DNA from: Monocercomonoides exilis PA203
Lineage: Eukaryota; Protista; Preaxostyla
DNA: 64,000 nt
Assembly (NCBI GenBank): GCA_001643675.2
Contig: LSRY02000012.1
Span: 1,364,001-1,428,000 of the forward strand
Direction: 5' to 3'
The notes under the pieces were generated by a model. The model was not told the DNA's origin and did not search any database. It saw only the letters and a list, made by a program, of their open reading frames with translations. Every line of letters begins with the position of its first letter. The stretch's first letter is position 1. Position numbers and translations under genes: made by a program. Shown one piece after another: positions 62,348-64,000 of this stretch.

Positions 62348-63151
62348 ATTTATTATTCAAATTTGGTAAACTTATTATTCGAAATTGGTCAACTAATTAT
62401 TCGAAATAGTTAAACTTCTTATTCAAAATTAATAAAATTCAGTATTTTTTATAAAAAAAATTTTTGATATAATATGATCACTGGTTGAGAGTCAGAAAGT
62501 GATTAAAATGTTTTGTTTTTTCATTGTTCTTAAAAAGGATGAAAAATTGAACCCCAATTTTTATTATTTGTGAATAAATATGAAATTTTTTGATTTTTCA
62601 GACATAAATCATCATCATGGAAATCGGATAATTTTCAAACGAATAAACCTCACATTGTTTGATAACACTTCATTCAATCAAACTGTATTATTTGTATCAA
62701 TTTTTCAAACTGGAAACAAGAATGTTTTATTCGTGAATAAATCCATGAATGCACATTTTGAATTCTTCATCAGTTTTTATTGATCTTCTGAATATATTTA
62801 AATATAAATAAAACATTTTGATTGAATGAAGTGTTATCAAACAATGTGAGGTTTATTCGTTTGAAAATTATCCGATTTCCATGATGATGATTTATGTCTG
62901 AAAAATCAAAAAATTTCATATTTATTCACAAATAATAAAAATTGGGGTTCAATTTTTCATCCTTTTTAAGAACAATGAAAAAACAAAACATTTTAATCAC
63001 TTTCTGACTCTCAACCAGTGATCATATTATATCAAAAATTTTTTTTATAAAAAATACTGAATTTTATTAATTTTGAATAAGAAGTTTAACTATTTCGAAT
63101 AATTAGTTGACCAATTTCGAATAATAAGTTTACCAAATTTGAATAATAAAT
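62348..63151. repeat. Foldback-like element: 335-bp inverted arms, 134-bp spacer, four 22-bp terminal subrepeats per arm
   Basis: 62348-62682 is the reverse complement of 62817-63151. Subrepeats (consensus about TTATTATTCRAAATTGGTAAAC) start at 62350, 62372, 62394 and 62416. Confidence 0.92.
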
Positions 63152-63218
63152 GGTGTATTTTTATTTTCCCTTTGAAAGTGATCACTTGTCGGATGTTTTC
63201 TTAAATATTAATTTTGCG

Positions 63219-63274
<56 letters not shown>
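63219..63274 (+). repeat. 56-nt poly(A) run followed by T9
   Basis: Seen directly in the sequence. Confidence 0.9.
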
Positions 63275-63278
<4 letters not shown>

Positions 63279-63639
63279 TTTTTCACATGATAGAGAATAA
63301 AGATTTTTTTAATCTGAAGAAGATTAATTATGATATTGAAAAATGTTCATTTTGACTGCTAATTTTTTATTTTATATGCAAAAATTACTATTTTGAATTA
63401 TTTTTGGTGTATTAAATTGAAAGCAATTCGAAAGATAGATTAATTTATGTGAATTGAAGAGAAAAGCCACGCAAAGTTAGATTTCAATTATAACAGGAAA
63501 AAGCAAAGAAAAATTAAAAAACTATTTTTCGTATTATCAAATTTCACTATAATTTCACCAGCTTCTGAACAAAAAATCGGAATATCACACTTCTTTTTTT
63601 TATCAATTATTTAGATAAAAAATTTTCATACTCTGTTTC

Positions 63640-64000
63640 TTAAAATTCATTAAGAAATAGATTAATAATGTTTCTTCGTGCAACAAATCGCCCCTTCTGA
63701 TACTCAGACACATAAGGGCTCCGAAGCAAGCGAGTGATTCTCTCTCTTTCATTCTTCAAGAATGTGAAATCAAGCGGAGGAAGTTTCAAAAAGTCATTGT
63801 CCACATCCTCGTCTTCAAGATCTTCTTCGTTTTCTGTCTCATCGTCAATGCCTTCTGCTTCGCCCGATCTCTTCCTGCGTATCTCCTCTCTCCTCTTTTG
63901 CCTCAGTTTCTCAAGCTCCACTTCACACAGATTGACAACATAAGTATATTCCTCAACTTCCGTTTTGTGTTCCAATTCTTTCACATGATCCATCAGCTCG
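63640..64000 (-). CDS. C-terminal part of a hypothetical protein continuing beyond the window
   Basis: Frame open to the window edge, GC-richer than its flank, acidic tract, ends NLFLNEF*. Confidence 0.6.
   Translation of the reverse strand, partial: ELMDHVKELEHKTEVEEYTYVVNLCEVELEKLRQKRREEIRRKRSGEAEGIDDETENEEDLEDEDVDNDFLKLPPLDFTFLKNERERITRLLRSPYVSEYQKGRFVARRNIINLFLNEF

Noticed and set aside
62350-62437. CRISPR-like array of 22-bp repeats
   Set aside because: The repeats are contiguous with no spacers, there are no cas genes, and the DNA is eukaryotic. They are TIR subrepeats.
63219-63283. Poly(A) tail of a retroelement insertion
   Set aside because: No LINE/SINE body or TSD is evident, and homopolymer length may be a sequencing artefact.
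1-64000. tRNA, rRNA or prokaryotic operon/defence system
   Set aside because: No cloverleaf or rRNA signatures seen by eye. Genes are intron-containing eukaryotic types.

Overview
Gene-dense eukaryotic (protist) genomic DNA with AT-rich intergenic regions, many short GT-AG spliceosomal introns with degenerate donors, and the standard genetic code. The style (Ser-rich low-complexity proteins, GC-rich multicopy families, a B12-dependent class II ribonucleotide reductase) fits an anaerobic metamonad such as the oxymonad Monocercomonoides; this is inference only. Recognisable genes: an NRPS/Lys2-type terminal thioester-reductase domain (partial), a 2xRRM protein, RPN5, LSm2, a membrane-anchored papain-family protease, TAF12, V-ATPase subunit a, a DHHC palmitoyltransferase, a giant Kelch/BTB-like protein, two PHO80/PCL-type cyclins, calnexin, RPL7/uL30, DDX6/Dhh1, monomeric NrdJ and a probable HAUS3. 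Top finding: after splicing, RPL7 is one 489-aa protein with two tandem calponin-homology (CH) domains fused in front of uL30 (35091-36675), a candidate built-in ribosome-cytoskeleton tether. Second: a DNA-transposon family with GGG...CCC ends and 4-bp target-site duplications, present as about 250-bp MITEs and as a 7.6-kb 'Pack'-type element carrying two decayed genes. Also notable: a 1248-bp GC-rich inverted duplication shared by the two cyclin genes, a 335-bp-arm foldback, an intron-bearing bacterial/phage-type RNR, and a calnexin with an altered lectin site.
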